In this document: piece after piece, positions 32,937-42,624 of the stretch | Numbering within the stretch: position 1 is the first letter of the stretch | How the letters are laid out: every line of letters begins with the position of its first letter | Source: a bacterium | GTDB lineage: Bacteria > Planctomycetota > JAFGQW01 | Direction: 5' to 3' | Assembly: GCA_030426805.1 (NCBI GenBank) | Contig: JAUHXU010000001.1 | Span: forward strand, 768,861 to 832,860 | Length of the DNA stretch: 64,000 bases | Notes under the pieces: generated by a model | Database searches by the model: none | The model's input: the letters and a program-made list of their open reading frames with translations, nothing else | Told to the model about the DNA's origin: nothing | Program-made: the position numbers and the translations under genes

Positions 32937-34130
32937 ATGCATCGTTTCGCATCGGCGCTCGCAGTCGCGGCGCTCCTCTCGTCCACCGCCGTCGCGCAAG
33001 TGCAGCACGGCGACATCATCCTGATGTCGACCGGTGCCGGCGCCGGCATCTTCGCAATCGACCCGTCGACCGGCGCCGAGACGACCGTGCGTGCCGGCTT
33101 CACGGTCCGTGCCGGCACGATCGCGCACGACAACCGTCACCTGATCGGCCTCGGCGGCACGAGCGGCAACGTCTACAGCTTCGTGCGCAACGGCAACTAC
33201 ACGACCGTGAAGACGTTCACCGACGGCGCCGCCGGCGGGATCGCCGTCGACCAGAACGAGAGCATGATCCTCGCGCAGACGACCGCGAACCGACTGATCC
33301 GAATCGCCGCCGACGGCTCGACGTCCACGCTGACGTCGTTCCTCGCCGCATGGGGCGGCCCGACCGCGATCTGCCGCGACGGCGACACCGGCCACTTCAT
33401 CGTCGGCTTCAGCGATGGTCGCATCGCCGAGGTGAACCGCCAGACCGGCTACAAGAAGACGATCACGACCGGCCTCGGTGCGGTCGCCGGCGTGGCTTAC
33501 GTGCCGATCAGTGGACGCTACGTCGTCGCGACGCCGTCCGGGATCAAGTTCGTCAAGCGTGACGGCACGGTCTCCGGCACCCTGTTCTACCCGGACCTCG
33601 GCGGCATCGCGGTCGATCCGCGTTCGAGCTGGATCTACGCGATCGAGCGGACGACGGGGCTCCTCCACACCGTGCTGCCGAGCGGCACGCCGCTCGCACC
33701 GAAGGGTGTCGCGAAGCGCAACTACCGCGGGATCGCGATCTGGGGCACCCGCCAAGTCGCGCTGAAGACCTCCGGTGTGGCCGGCACCACCGCCGAGATC
33801 TCGCTCGACTTCCGCCGCTCGCAGCGCGCGAACTACTGCGTCGCGCTGTCGTTCGCGAATCGGCCGGGCATCGTGATCGGCAACGTGTGGAACCGGATCA
33901 ACCTCGCCGCCGACCCGCTCTTCTTCCTGACGGTCTGCGGCGGTCTGCCGGGCGCGACGACCGGCTTCGCCGGCAAGACGAGCATCGGGGGCCTCGCGAA
34001 GGCGAGCTTCGAGATCCCCGCGCTGCCCGTCGGCACTCGCCTCTACGTCGGTGCGGCGGCCGTCAACGGCAGCCTGACCGGTGGCCTCGACTTCATGAAC
34101 AGCGAGGTCGTGCGCATCGAGGCGCGCTGA
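32937..34130 (+). CDS. Secreted hypothetical (beta-propeller-like) protein with the shared C-terminal domain
   Basis: ATG at 32937 preceded by a GAGGAG RBS. Signal peptide MHRFASALAVAALLSSTAVAQ. Tail ...IGNVWNRINLAADPLFFLTV...FEIPALPVGTRLYVGAAAV...SEVVRIEAR. Confidence 0.7.
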   Translation: MHRFASALAVAALLSSTAVAQVQHGDIILMSTGAGAGIFAIDPSTGAETTVRAGFTVRAGTIAHDNRHLIGLGGTSGNVYSFVRNGNYTTVKTFTDGAAGGIAVDQNESMILAQTTANRLIRIAADGSTSTLTSFLAAWGGPTAICRDGDTGHFIVGFSDGRIAEVNRQTGYKKTITTGLGAVAGVAYVPISGRYVVATPSGIKFVKRDGTVSGTLFYPDLGGIAVDPRSSWIYAIERTTGLLHTVLPSGTPLAPKGVAKRNYRGIAIWGTRQVALKTSGVAGTTAEISLDFRRSQRANYCVALSFANRPGIVIGNVWNRINLAADPLFFLTVCGGLPGATTGFAGKTSIGGLAKASFEIPALPVGTRLYVGAAAVNGSLTGGLDFMNSEVVRIEAR

Positions 34131-34137
34131 TTCCGCC

Positions 34138-35661
34138 TCACGCCGTCGCCCGGTCGATGAAGCGGTCCGCCGCCTCGACGATCCGGCGACGGCGCCCGCG
34201 GTCCATGCGTTCGTACGTGTGGACCGCGCGGCCCATCCGGGCGTTGCGCGACAGGAAGTCGGCGTGCTTGCCGACGAATCGCCAGTAGAGCCCGTCCATC
34301 ACATCGGCCCACGTCGCGTCGTCGTCCGGGGCGACCGGCTCGCGCGGCTTCGGATAGTCGCTCATCTTGCGGATGTAGTTGCTCCCGCAGATGTAGGGCT
34401 TCGTCGCGAAGATCCCGCCGTCGGAGAAGAGCGCCATCCCGTAGACGTTCGGGCCCATGACCCAGTCCGCACTGTCGACGAACATCTCCATGAACCAGCG
34501 GTGCGCCTCGCGCGGGTCGATCTCGCACAGGAGCATCAGGTTGCCGGCGACCATCAGGCGCTCGATGTGATGCGCCCACCCGTATCGCACGCACTTCGCG
34601 ATCACGTCGTCCAACGGCCGAAGCCCGGTCGACCCGTCCCACCACGCAGGCGTGAGCCGTCGGGTGTGCCCGAAGTGATTCGCCTCGGCCTGCCGATCGC
34701 CGTGGACACGGTAGACACCGCGGACGAACTCGCGCCACCCGATGACCTGGCGGACGAACCCCTCGAGCGAGTTCAGCGGCACGTCGTGGTCGCGCGCGAA
34801 CGCGAGCGCCCGGTCGATCACCTCGCCGGGCGTCACGAGCCCGAGGTTCAACACCGGCGACAGCACCGAGTGAAACAGGAACGCATCGCGGGTCGACAGC
34901 GCGTCCTCGAACGGGCCGAACCGAGCGAAGCGATCGGCGAGGAACGCGCGGAGCCACGACAGCGCCTGGCGACGCGTCGTCGGGAGCCACCACCGTTTGG
35001 CGTCGACGTCGCCGGGGTGGTCCGCGAAGCGGGCGCGGACGACGTCGATCGCCGCGCGCACGTGCTCGGTCGCTGCTGCCACCGGCGGCGACGGCAGCGG
35101 CTCCTTTGCCGGCAGCGGACGGCGGTTCTCGTCGTCGAACGACCATCGCCCGCCGATCGGCTCGCCGTCGTCGTCGACCAGCACCCCGAGCCGGCGGCGC
35201 TGCCATCGGTAGAAGTCCGCCATGAACGGGCGGTTCTCGCGGAGCCACCCTTCGACCCGCGCACGTGGCGTCAGAAAGGCCGGCGTCTCGAGCAGATCGA
35301 GCGTGAGGCCGCGCTCGTCCGCGAACCGACGGATCCGCCGCTCGAAGAACGCGTCCTCGATCTCGAACATCCGCAGTCGGTCGATGCGATGCTCGTCGAC
35401 GAAGCGCCCGAGCTTCTCTTCGTAGGGCGCGTCGGCGCCGGTGGGGTCGAGCGCGTCGTAGTGGACGCGAAACCCGCGATCGCGAAGTGCGTCACGGTGG
35501 GCGCGCATCGCCGCGAGAAACAGCACGAGCTTGTGCTGGTGGTGGCGGACGTGCGTGCAGAGGCCGACGTCCTCTGCGAGAAAGACCCGCCCGCCGTCGG
35601 GGAGCGACGCGGGCGGGAAGAGCTGATCACCGAGGACGACGAACGCCGACGTCTCGGTCAC
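34138..35661 (-). CDS. Cryptochrome/photolyase family protein (COG3046-type, (6-4) photolyase / FeS-BCP-like)
   Basis: GTG start with a GGAG RBS, overlapping the upstream stop (GTGA). Architecture is an N-terminal photolyase alpha/beta domain (SAFVVLGDQLF...) plus a C-terminal FAD-binding helical domain (WWDGSTGLRPLDDVIAKCVRYGWAHHIERLMVAGN). Confidence 0.65.
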   Translation of the reverse strand: MTETSAFVVLGDQLFPPASLPDGGRVFLAEDVGLCTHVRHHQHKLVLFLAAMRAHRDALRDRGFRVHYDALDPTGADAPYEEKLGRFVDEHRIDRLRMFEIEDAFFERRIRRFADERGLTLDLLETPAFLTPRARVEGWLRENRPFMADFYRWQRRRLGVLVDDDGEPIGGRWSFDDENRRPLPAKEPLPSPPVAAATEHVRAAIDVVRARFADHPGDVDAKRWWLPTTRRQALSWLRAFLADRFARFGPFEDALSTRDAFLFHSVLSPVLNLGLVTPGEVIDRALAFARDHDVPLNSLEGFVRQVIGWREFVRGVYRVHGDRQAEANHFGHTRRLTPAWWDGSTGLRPLDDVIAKCVRYGWAHHIERLMVAGNLMLLCEIDPREAHRWFMEMFVDSADWVMGPNVYGMALFSDGGIFATKPYICGSNYIRKMSDYPKPREPVAPDDDATWADVMDGLYWRFVGKHADFLSRNARMGRAVHTYERMDRGRRRRIVEAADRFIDRATA

Positions 35662-36005
35662 GCGACTCCGCGCGTCGGCGCGTCGGACGCGCACGCGATA
35701 CACAATCGCGTATAGGGGATGGCGTCCAACCGCGCGACGCCGATCGCCTCGTCGCACGACTCGCACGCGCCGTACTCGTTCGCGTCGAGCCGCTGGAGTG
35801 CGGCGACGATCTCGCGGTAGGTGTCGCGGTCCTTCTCGAGGAACGCGATCGTCGCGGACTGCCCCTGGGTCAGTGTCGCCAGGTCGTCCTCGCCGGCGTC
35901 GATCGCGGCCGTCTCGCCTTCGAGACGCTCGAGATCCGAGCGGTACATCCGCCCGAGTTCCACGAGGCGCCGGCGCAGCCTCGCCTTCGGCAGGGAACGT
36001 GGCAT
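35658..36005 (-). CDS. DksA/TraR-family C4-type zinc-finger protein
   Basis: Start MPRSLPKARL with a strong GAGAGGAG RBS. C4 zinc finger CESCDEAIGVARLDAIPYTRLCIAC, preceded by a coiled-coil region. Confidence 0.65.
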   Translation of the reverse strand: MPRSLPKARLRRRLVELGRMYRSDLERLEGETAAIDAGEDDLATLTQGQSATIAFLEKDRDTYREIVAALQRLDANEYGACESCDEAIGVARLDAIPYTRLCIACASDAPTRGVA

Positions 36006-36177
36006 GGTTCGTCTCCTCTCTGAGCTCTCCTCCGCGGCCCGGTGCTCTTCCGTTCGCTCCGGCGCCGCGGGCAGATGCAACAACGCGCCGAGCGTCCGAA
36101 AGAGCAACACGATCCGGTTCCCGGGTCGCGGGTGTGCCCACTTGCCCGTCCGACCCGGCCGCGATAGGCTCGCGGCC

Positions 36178-38274
36178 GTGTTCCCACCCCGCACCTCCGT
36201 CGCCGTCGGGCTGATCTCGGCCGCCATCGCCGCCGCGGTCATCGCGGGTTGCCGCTCGGCGACCCCGCCCCACGCCGCCCGGCCGGGACCGCTCGCCGGC
36301 TCGCGCCCGAACATCGTCTTCATCTTCTCCGACGACCACGCGCCGCACGCGATCAGCGCCTACGGGTCGCGGATCAACCGAACGCCGAACATCGATCGCA
36401 TCGCGGCATCCGGCGTCACGTTCGACCGCTGCTACTGCGGCAACAGCATCTGCGGACCGTCTCGGGCGGCGATTCTGACCGGGAAGCACGCGCACGCCAA
36501 CGGCTTCATGCGCAACGGCAACGACTTCGACGGCACCCAGCCGACCTTCCCGAAGCACCTGCGGCGCGCCGGCTATCAGACCGCGATGATCGGCAAGTGG
36601 CACCTCACGTCGGACCCGACCGGCTTCGACCACTGGGAGGTTCTGCCCGGCCAGGGCAGCTACTACAACCCCGACTTCCGCACCCCCGGCGGCCGGCACC
36701 GCCGCGAGGGCTACTGCACCGACCTCGTCACCGAGATGGCGCTCGACTGGCTCCGCGACGGGCGCGACGCATCGCGACCGTTCCTGCTGATGTGTCAGCA
36801 CAAGGCGCCCCACCGCAGCTGGATGCCCGGTCCCGAGGAACTCGGGCTCTACCGCGACGCACCGATCCCCGAGCCCGCGACGCTGTTCGACGACTACGCG
36901 GGCCGTGGTCCGGCGGCGCCCCTGCACGAGATGGGCATCCGCGACCACCTGACGATGTTCTACGACCTCAAGCTCGTCCCGACCGCAGGCGAGCGCGAGT
37001 CGCTCGAAGGCGCGGACACGGTCTGGAAGAGTCGCCTCGAGCGAATGACGCCGGAACAACGGGCGGCGTGGGATCGTGCCTTCGCGGCCGAGAACGCGGC
37101 GTTCCGCCGGACGAACCCGACCGGCGACGCACTCGTGCGGTGGAAGTACCAGCGCTACATCAAGAACTACCTGCGGTGCGTGGCGGGCGTCGACAAGAGC
37201 GTGGGCCGGATCCTCGACCACATCGACGCCGACCCGGCGCTTCGTGCGAACACGATCGTGATCTACTGCTCCGACCAGGGCTTCTACCTCGGAGACCACG
37301 GCTGGTTCGACAAGCGGTGGATGTACGAGGAGTCGATGCGGATGCCGCTGCTCGTTCGCTGGCCGGAGCGGATCGCTTCCGGCACGCGCACGACCGCCCT
37401 CGCGCAGAACATCGACTTCGCCGCGACGTTCCTCGACCTCGCGGGTGCTCCGATCCCCGCCGACCTGCACGGCACCTCGCTCGTGCCGGTGCTCGAAGAC
37501 CCTGCCGGCGCGACCGTGCACGACGCGCTCTACTACCACTACTACGAGTCACACGCGACGCACAACGTCGCGGCCCACTACGGCGTGCACGACGGTCGAT
37601 ACAAGTTGCTCCGCTTCTACGAGCCCGAGCACGACTACTGGGAGTTGTTCGACCTCCAGCGCGACCCCGACGAGTTGCGCAGCGTCTGGAGCGATCCCGA
37701 TTACGCCGCGATCCGGCAGCGACTCGAGCGACAGCTGGTCGCGCTCCGCACGCGCTACGGAGACGACACCGGCGTGCTCGGCGACGGCGCCTTCGACGTG
37801 ATCGCGGGCGTCGCGTCGGCGACGCCCGACGGCGACGGCTGGCGCATCGACGGCAACGCGACGATGGGCTACGCGCTCCGCCCGCTCGCCGAACCCCTCC
37901 CCGCGCGCGCGACACTGCGCACGACCGCGGTGATCGAATCGACGCGCGGCCCCCGAACGGTCGCACTGTTGCTCGCGACCGAGGACGGCGCGCGTGCGCC
38001 GCTGCGTTTCGAGGTGCACGTCGGGGACGGCGAACTCGCGATCCGACGCGAACGCCGTACGGCGCTGGCCGATCGCGCGGCGCCCGGCATCGACCCCACC
38101 CGCGTCGAGATCGCCGCGACGATCGACCGATCCGCACGCCGGTTGACGCTCCGCAGCGCAGACCACACACTGCACGCCGACCTGCCGGCCGACCTCGGCG
38201 CGATCACGCGCATCGGCTACGGCACGGACAACACGGCCGCTCGATTCGGCCCGATCCGAATCGCCCGCGACTGA
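36178..38274 (+). CDS. Secreted sulfatase (arylsulfatase family, formylglycine-dependent) with an extra C-terminal domain of about 200 aa
   Basis: Sulfatase signature CGPSRAAILTGKHAHANGF (C-x-P-x-R) and metal-binding NIVFIFSDDHAPHA. The start is uncertain: GTG 36178 gives a signal or lipobox-like VAVGLISAAIAAAVIAGC, while ATG 36004 would add a non-signal 58-aa extension. Confidence 0.75.
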   Translation: MFPPRTSVAVGLISAAIAAAVIAGCRSATPPHAARPGPLAGSRPNIVFIFSDDHAPHAISAYGSRINRTPNIDRIAASGVTFDRCYCGNSICGPSRAAILTGKHAHANGFMRNGNDFDGTQPTFPKHLRRAGYQTAMIGKWHLTSDPTGFDHWEVLPGQGSYYNPDFRTPGGRHRREGYCTDLVTEMALDWLRDGRDASRPFLLMCQHKAPHRSWMPGPEELGLYRDAPIPEPATLFDDYAGRGPAAPLHEMGIRDHLTMFYDLKLVPTAGERESLEGADTVWKSRLERMTPEQRAAWDRAFAAENAAFRRTNPTGDALVRWKYQRYIKNYLRCVAGVDKSVGRILDHIDADPALRANTIVIYCSDQGFYLGDHGWFDKRWMYEESMRMPLLVRWPERIASGTRTTALAQNIDFAATFLDLAGAPIPADLHGTSLVPVLEDPAGATVHDALYYHYYESHATHNVAAHYGVHDGRYKLLRFYEPEHDYWELFDLQRDPDELRSVWSDPDYAAIRQRLERQLVALRTRYGDDTGVLGDGAFDVIAGVASATPDGDGWRIDGNATMGYALRPLAEPLPARATLRTTAVIESTRGPRTVALLLATEDGARAPLRFEVHVGDGELAIRRERRTALADRAAPGIDPTRVEIAATIDRSARRLTLRSADHTLHADLPADLGAITRIGYGTDNTAARFGPIRIARD

Positions 38275-38290
38275 CCGGGGAGGAGTCCGC

Positions 38291-39058
38291 GTGACCCGTT
38301 CCACGAACGACCAGCCGAATGCCGACTGGGGCAAGGCCAGCGCCACGCACGAAGAGCGCGTGTTTCTCCACGGACCGCAATCGCGCTGGTTCGAGTTCCG
38401 CCGCGCGCTGCGGATCTTCCGCGAGTGCATCCGAGGCTTCCGCCAACTTCACTTCATCGGCCCGTGCATCACGGTGTTCGGCTCCGCGCGCTTCAAGGAA
38501 GACGAGCCCTACTACCAACTCGCACGCGAGATGGGCCAGGCGATCGCGAACTCCGGCTACACGACGATGACCGGCGGCGGTCCGGGCATCATGGAAGCGG
38601 CGAACCGGGGCGCGCACGAGACCGGCGGTCCGTCGGTGGGCTGCAACATCGAGTTGCCGCACGAACAGCACCCCAACCCCTACCTCGACAAGTGGGTCGA
38701 CTTCCGGTACTTCTTCGTGCGCAAGGTGATGCTGCTGAAGTACTCCCACGCGTTCGTCGTGTTCCCCGGCGGCTACGGCACGCTCGACGAGGTGTTCGAG
38801 ACGCTCACGCTGATCCAGACCGGCAAAATCCACGACTTCCCGGTCGTGATCGTCGGCCGCGACTACTGGAACGCGCTCATCGACTTCCTCCGCGAGAGCC
38901 TGCTCGCGCGCGGCGCGATCGACGAGCGGGACCTCGACCGCTTCATCGTCACCGACTCGGTCGACGAGGCGATGCGCTACATCCTCGACATCACGAGCGA
39001 GCGCTTCGAGGTCGCGAACCGTCCGAAGGCGCGAGTGCTGCTCGGCGAGCGGACGTAG
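38291..39058 (+). CDS. LOG family protein (cytokinin riboside 5'-monophosphate phosphoribohydrolase-like, TIGR00730)
   Basis: Motifs GGGPGIMEAANRGA and PGGYGTLDEVFE typical of the LOG/YvdD family. Confidence 0.8.
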   Translation: MTRSTNDQPNADWGKASATHEERVFLHGPQSRWFEFRRALRIFRECIRGFRQLHFIGPCITVFGSARFKEDEPYYQLAREMGQAIANSGYTTMTGGGPGIMEAANRGAHETGGPSVGCNIELPHEQHPNPYLDKWVDFRYFFVRKVMLLKYSHAFVVFPGGYGTLDEVFETLTLIQTGKIHDFPVVIVGRDYWNALIDFLRESLLARGAIDERDLDRFIVTDSVDEAMRYILDITSERFEVANRPKARVLLGERT

Positions 39059-39186
39059 GCTGCAGGCCGACAAACCCGCGAACGAATTTCCCGGTGCGCG
39101 CATCTCGCTCCGAGTCCGCTAATGCAAGTGGTATCAACTGCCTAAGATAGGAAAGGATCGCACGGCGGCAGAAACTGGAGGACTCG

Positions 39187-40362
39187 ATGAAGCGATTGCT
39201 CGGTGTGGCCGTGATGGCGGCCACGATAGCCGGCGGCGACGCGCTCGCGGATGCGCAGCGCAAACGACCGACCCTGCTCACCCGGAAACTCCCCAAGGTC
39301 GCGCCGGGCGCGGGCCTCTGGGCGCACGTCTTCTGGCGCGGCGGCACGACCACGGCGACGTCGCTGCGCGTCACGGTCAAGGCGCCGAAGGACTACGTCG
39401 TCCAGTATCCCGATGCGCGGAGTCACACGTCGCTCAGCGGCGGCCCGACCCTCGACGTCGGTGAACTCGACTTCACGTCGTTCAAGGTCACGCCGCCGGT
39501 CACCGCCGGCAAGCAGAACGCGCGGCTCGAGCTGACGCTCGAATGGGTCGCCGACGGCAAGAAGAAGAAGCGCAAGCACCGCGTTCGCCTGCCCGTCCGC
39601 CCGAACCGCGGCGACGCTGCCGAGATGGTCTGCGACGTCGTCGGCCCCCTCGCGCCGGGCGGCGGCGGTTGGGTCCACATCGACTTCGAGGGCCACGAGC
39701 GCGTCACCGGCTTCAAGGTCGTCGTCACCGATCCGGGTGCGTGCGGCATCGTCTATCCGGGTGGCCGGACCTACACCGGTCTCGCGAAGGACTCGACGCT
39801 CGACGTCGGCGAGATGGACTACTGCGCGTTCCGCATCGAAACCTACGGCATGACCGAGGGCTGGCACGACCTCGCGCTCGAGATGCGCTACCTCGAAGAC
39901 GGCGCGACGGCCGAGACGGTCGTGCCGCTGGCGCTGTCCTGCCTCGTCTCGACGGACACGCGCGCCATCGCGCCGTCACTGACGACGACCGCGCAACAGG
40001 TCACGTCCACCGATCGCTCGCTGACGCTGCGGCTCGCGGCCGGCGCCACCCACGGCTACAAGCCGTTCCAGATGCTCGGCTCGCTCGCGGGTAGCGATAC
40101 CCCGACGACGGTCGGCGGGATGAACGTGCCGCTCACGACGGACGCGTTCTTCCTGAAGACGCTGCGTCGCCAGAGCGTGCGTCCGGTCGCCGACGGCGTC
40201 GGCACGCTGGACGAGTCCGGCCGCGCGACCGCGACCTTCGCGCTCCGTCAGCGCGACTTCCCCACGCTGACGGGGACGGTCTACCACTTCGCCTACGTCG
40301 TCTACGGTGACGCCGGCGTCGAGTTCGTCAGCAACGCGGTGCCGGTCGTCGTCGGTCGATAA
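39187..40362 (+). CDS. Secreted hypothetical protein with the shared C-terminal domain
   Basis: Signal peptide MKRLLGVAVMAATIAGGDALADAQ. Internally repeated roughly 100-aa modules (VKAPKDYVVQYPD... versus VVVTDPGACGIVYPG...). Tail ...VYHFAYVVYGDAGVEFVSNAVPVVVGR. Confidence 0.65.
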   Translation: MKRLLGVAVMAATIAGGDALADAQRKRPTLLTRKLPKVAPGAGLWAHVFWRGGTTTATSLRVTVKAPKDYVVQYPDARSHTSLSGGPTLDVGELDFTSFKVTPPVTAGKQNARLELTLEWVADGKKKKRKHRVRLPVRPNRGDAAEMVCDVVGPLAPGGGGWVHIDFEGHERVTGFKVVVTDPGACGIVYPGGRTYTGLAKDSTLDVGEMDYCAFRIETYGMTEGWHDLALEMRYLEDGATAETVVPLALSCLVSTDTRAIAPSLTTTAQQVTSTDRSLTLRLAAGATHGYKPFQMLGSLAGSDTPTTVGGMNVPLTTDAFFLKTLRRQSVRPVADGVGTLDESGRATATFALRQRDFPTLTGTVYHFAYVVYGDAGVEFVSNAVPVVVGR

Positions 40363-40371
40363 CCGGACGCG

Positions 40372-41514
40372 TCATTCGCCGGCTCGGGCGAGCCGCTTCA
40401 GCAGCCCGAGCAGGCGCGCATTCTCGGGGTGGGCGTGCAACGCCACCTTGAGCGCCGCGAGCGCATCGTCGCGCCGCCCGGCGCGCTCGAGCGCGAGCAC
40501 CCGATTGTAGTGAACCGCGAGCGTGCGGTCGCCGAGCGCGACCGCGCGCTCGTAGTGTTTCAGCGCGGCTGCCGTGTCGCCGTCACCCAGCGCGAGGTTG
40601 CCGAGCGCGACGTGGGCGTCGGCGAGGCGCGGGTCGCGCTCGAGCGCCGCCCGGAAGTGGGCCGCGGCCCCCTTCGCGTCGTCCTTCTGGAGCGCGACGT
40701 TGCCGAGGTAGAGCCGGCAGTTCGCGTGCTTCGGGTCGAGCGAAGCCGCGCGATCGAAGTGCCGCTGCGCCGCGACGTACGACTTCGCCTGGAAGTAGGT
40801 GTAGCCGAGCCGAAACCAGTCCTCGGCGCTCGCGTCCTTCCGACCGGCCAACGCGCGCTCGTAGTAGGACGCCGCCTCGGCGTAGAGATCGCGCGACAGG
40901 CACAGATCACCGAGCGTCCGACCGAGGCCGTTGGATCGATCCCCGAGGCGCCACGCGACTTCGAGCGCGGTCATCGTCTCGTCGGCACGACCGAGCGCGG
41001 AGAGTTCCTGTGCGATGAGCCGCAGCCACTTCGGATCGTCGGGGTGCTGGCGCGACTTGTCGCGATACGCGAGCAACGCCGATTCGTGCCGGCCGAGACG
41101 CGCGAGGAGCGTCGCCCGGCGCGCCTCGGCGTCGGCGTCACCGGGGGTGAGCGTGAGGTGTGCGGTCAACGCGCGTTCCGCCTCGGCGACCCGACCGCGA
41201 CGCAAGTGGCACTCCGCGATCCACGACCATGCATCGGCCGGCTCCGCGCGCGCATACGCCCGGATCGCGCGGTCCCATTGTTCGAGCCGGAGGTGTGCGT
41301 GGCCGAGGTTGAGTTGCACCGCACGCGACGGCTCGAGCTTCAGCGCCTGCTCGTAGCTGCGCACCGCCTGCGAATACCGCCCCGCGCGGTAGGCGGTGTT
41401 GCCGGCCCGCGCGTGGTCCGCGGCGGTCGGTGGCTTGGGCTTCGACGGCTGATCCTGCGCGCCCACCGCTCCGACGGCGAGCACGACGACGATCCACGCA
41501 ACTGCGGTCCGCAT
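40372..41514 (-). CDS. Secreted TPR-repeat protein (TtpD-like accessory protein of the TonB2-type locus)
   Basis: Signal peptide MRTAVAWIVVVLAVGAVGAQ followed by at least 8 TPR units (AxxxYxxAxxxYxxAL pattern). Confidence 0.75.
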   Translation of the reverse strand: MRTAVAWIVVVLAVGAVGAQDQPSKPKPPTAADHARAGNTAYRAGRYSQAVRSYEQALKLEPSRAVQLNLGHAHLRLEQWDRAIRAYARAEPADAWSWIAECHLRRGRVAEAERALTAHLTLTPGDADAEARRATLLARLGRHESALLAYRDKSRQHPDDPKWLRLIAQELSALGRADETMTALEVAWRLGDRSNGLGRTLGDLCLSRDLYAEAASYYERALAGRKDASAEDWFRLGYTYFQAKSYVAAQRHFDRAASLDPKHANCRLYLGNVALQKDDAKGAAAHFRAALERDPRLADAHVALGNLALGDGDTAAALKHYERAVALGDRTLAVHYNRVLALERAGRRDDALAALKVALHAHPENARLLGLLKRLARAGE

Positions 41515-41518
41515 CGTT

Positions 41519-42217
41519 TCAGTCCTTCAACCGGAACCGGACGGTCTTGCGGCAGTGCACCGCGACCTTGCGGCCCTTGTCCATGCCGGGTTGGTATTTC
41601 CACTGCTTCGCCCACGCGAGGATCGGCCCGCGAAAACGCTGGTCGCCGTCGAGCCGGCTGATGCGCACGTCGCTCACCCGGCCGTCCACCCCGACGACGA
41701 AGCGCACGAGCGCGGTCGCCTCCTTGTTCGATCGCCGCGCCCAACGCGGGTACTCGAACGGCGGGGCGTAGGTGCGACGCGGGTCCTGATCGACCGTGCC
41801 GGCGCTCATCGGTCCCGCCGGGCCCTTCACGACCTCCACCGGTGGATCGGTCACGTCGGGCGACAGCTCCAGATCGGCCGCCGTCTCGATCGACGGCATC
41901 CGCGGGACGAGCGCTGCCGTCACCGGCCGCATCGTCATCGGCTCGATGACCTCGTCTTCGGGCTCGCGCTCGTCCTCCGGCGTCTCCTCGATCGGCGGCG
42001 GTGGCGGCGGCGGCGTATCGTCCACCGCGGCGAAGATCTCGATCGCGTCGGGGATCTTCTTCGGCAACGGCTGCTCGAGCGAACGGTTCACCAGCGACAT
42101 CGTCATGAACAGCACGACGTTGATCGCGAGCGCGAACAACACCGACAGCCACCCGCTGCGGCGCAGGCGCTTCTGCCGCGCGAAGCGTGGGCTCATCGTC
42201 TGCAACATCGGGCTCAC
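41519..42217 (-). CDS. tonB: TonB family energy-transducer protein
   Basis: N-terminal TM (WLSVLFALAINVVLFM), Pro-rich spacer (PPPPPPPIEETPEDEREPEDE) and a C-terminal TonB domain. Confidence 0.8.
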   Translation of the reverse strand: MSPMLQTMSPRFARQKRLRRSGWLSVLFALAINVVLFMTMSLVNRSLEQPLPKKIPDAIEIFAAVDDTPPPPPPPIEETPEDEREPEDEVIEPMTMRPVTAALVPRMPSIETAADLELSPDVTDPPVEVVKGPAGPMSAGTVDQDPRRTYAPPFEYPRWARRSNKEATALVRFVVGVDGRVSDVRISRLDGDQRFRGPILAWAKQWKYQPGMDKGRKVAVHCRKTVRFRLKD

Positions 42218-42624
42218 TCCTTACTCGACGCGACGGCGATCTTCGTCGCGCCACCCAGACGACACTCGTCCATCACATCGATCAGCGCCGAGGTCGGCGC
42301 ACCCCGGTCGGCGATCAGCACGACCGACAGCTCCGGCTGGGACCGCATCCGCCGTTCGACGAGCGTGCGCAGCGCGAGCAGATCGACGCGTCGCTCCTCG
42401 ACGAACACGCGCCCCTTCGGATCGATGCCGACCAGCAGGCTCTTTCGGTCCAGCGCCTGAGCGGTCGACGCGCTCGGCCGACGGACCGAGATCCCGGTCT
42501 CGCGGACGAACGTCGTCGTCACGAGGAAGAAGATCAGCAGGATGAACACCATGTCGATCAGCGGGGCGATCTGAACCTCCGCCGCCGCTCGCTCGCGCCG
42601 GCTCCCACGCACGCTGCGGAACAT
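42214..42624 (-). CDS. exbD: Biopolymer transport protein ExbD/TolR
   Basis: 136 aa. Start MFRSVRG. ExbD motif QIAPLIDMVFILLIFFLVTT and a C-terminal periplasmic domain. Overlaps neighbours by 1-4 nt. Confidence 0.85.
   Translation of the reverse strand: MFRSVRGSRRERAAAEVQIAPLIDMVFILLIFFLVTTTFVRETGISVRRPSASTAQALDRKSLLVGIDPKGRVFVEERRVDLLALRTLVERRMRSQPELSVVLIADRGAPTSALIDVMDECRLGGATKIAVASSKE

Noticed and set aside
34138-37539. 1133-aa minus ORF
   Set aside because: Only 34138..35661 is protein-like (photolyase). The upstream part is antisense to the sulfatase gene.
36249-38294. 681-aa + ORF
   Set aside because: Alternate frame of the sulfatase gene. The 35821 frame carries the CxPxR sulfatase signature.
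39059-39186. Possible sigma-70 promoter upstream of the 39187 gene (taatgc-N17-taagat)
   Set aside because: The -35 match is poor, so it was not reported as a feature.
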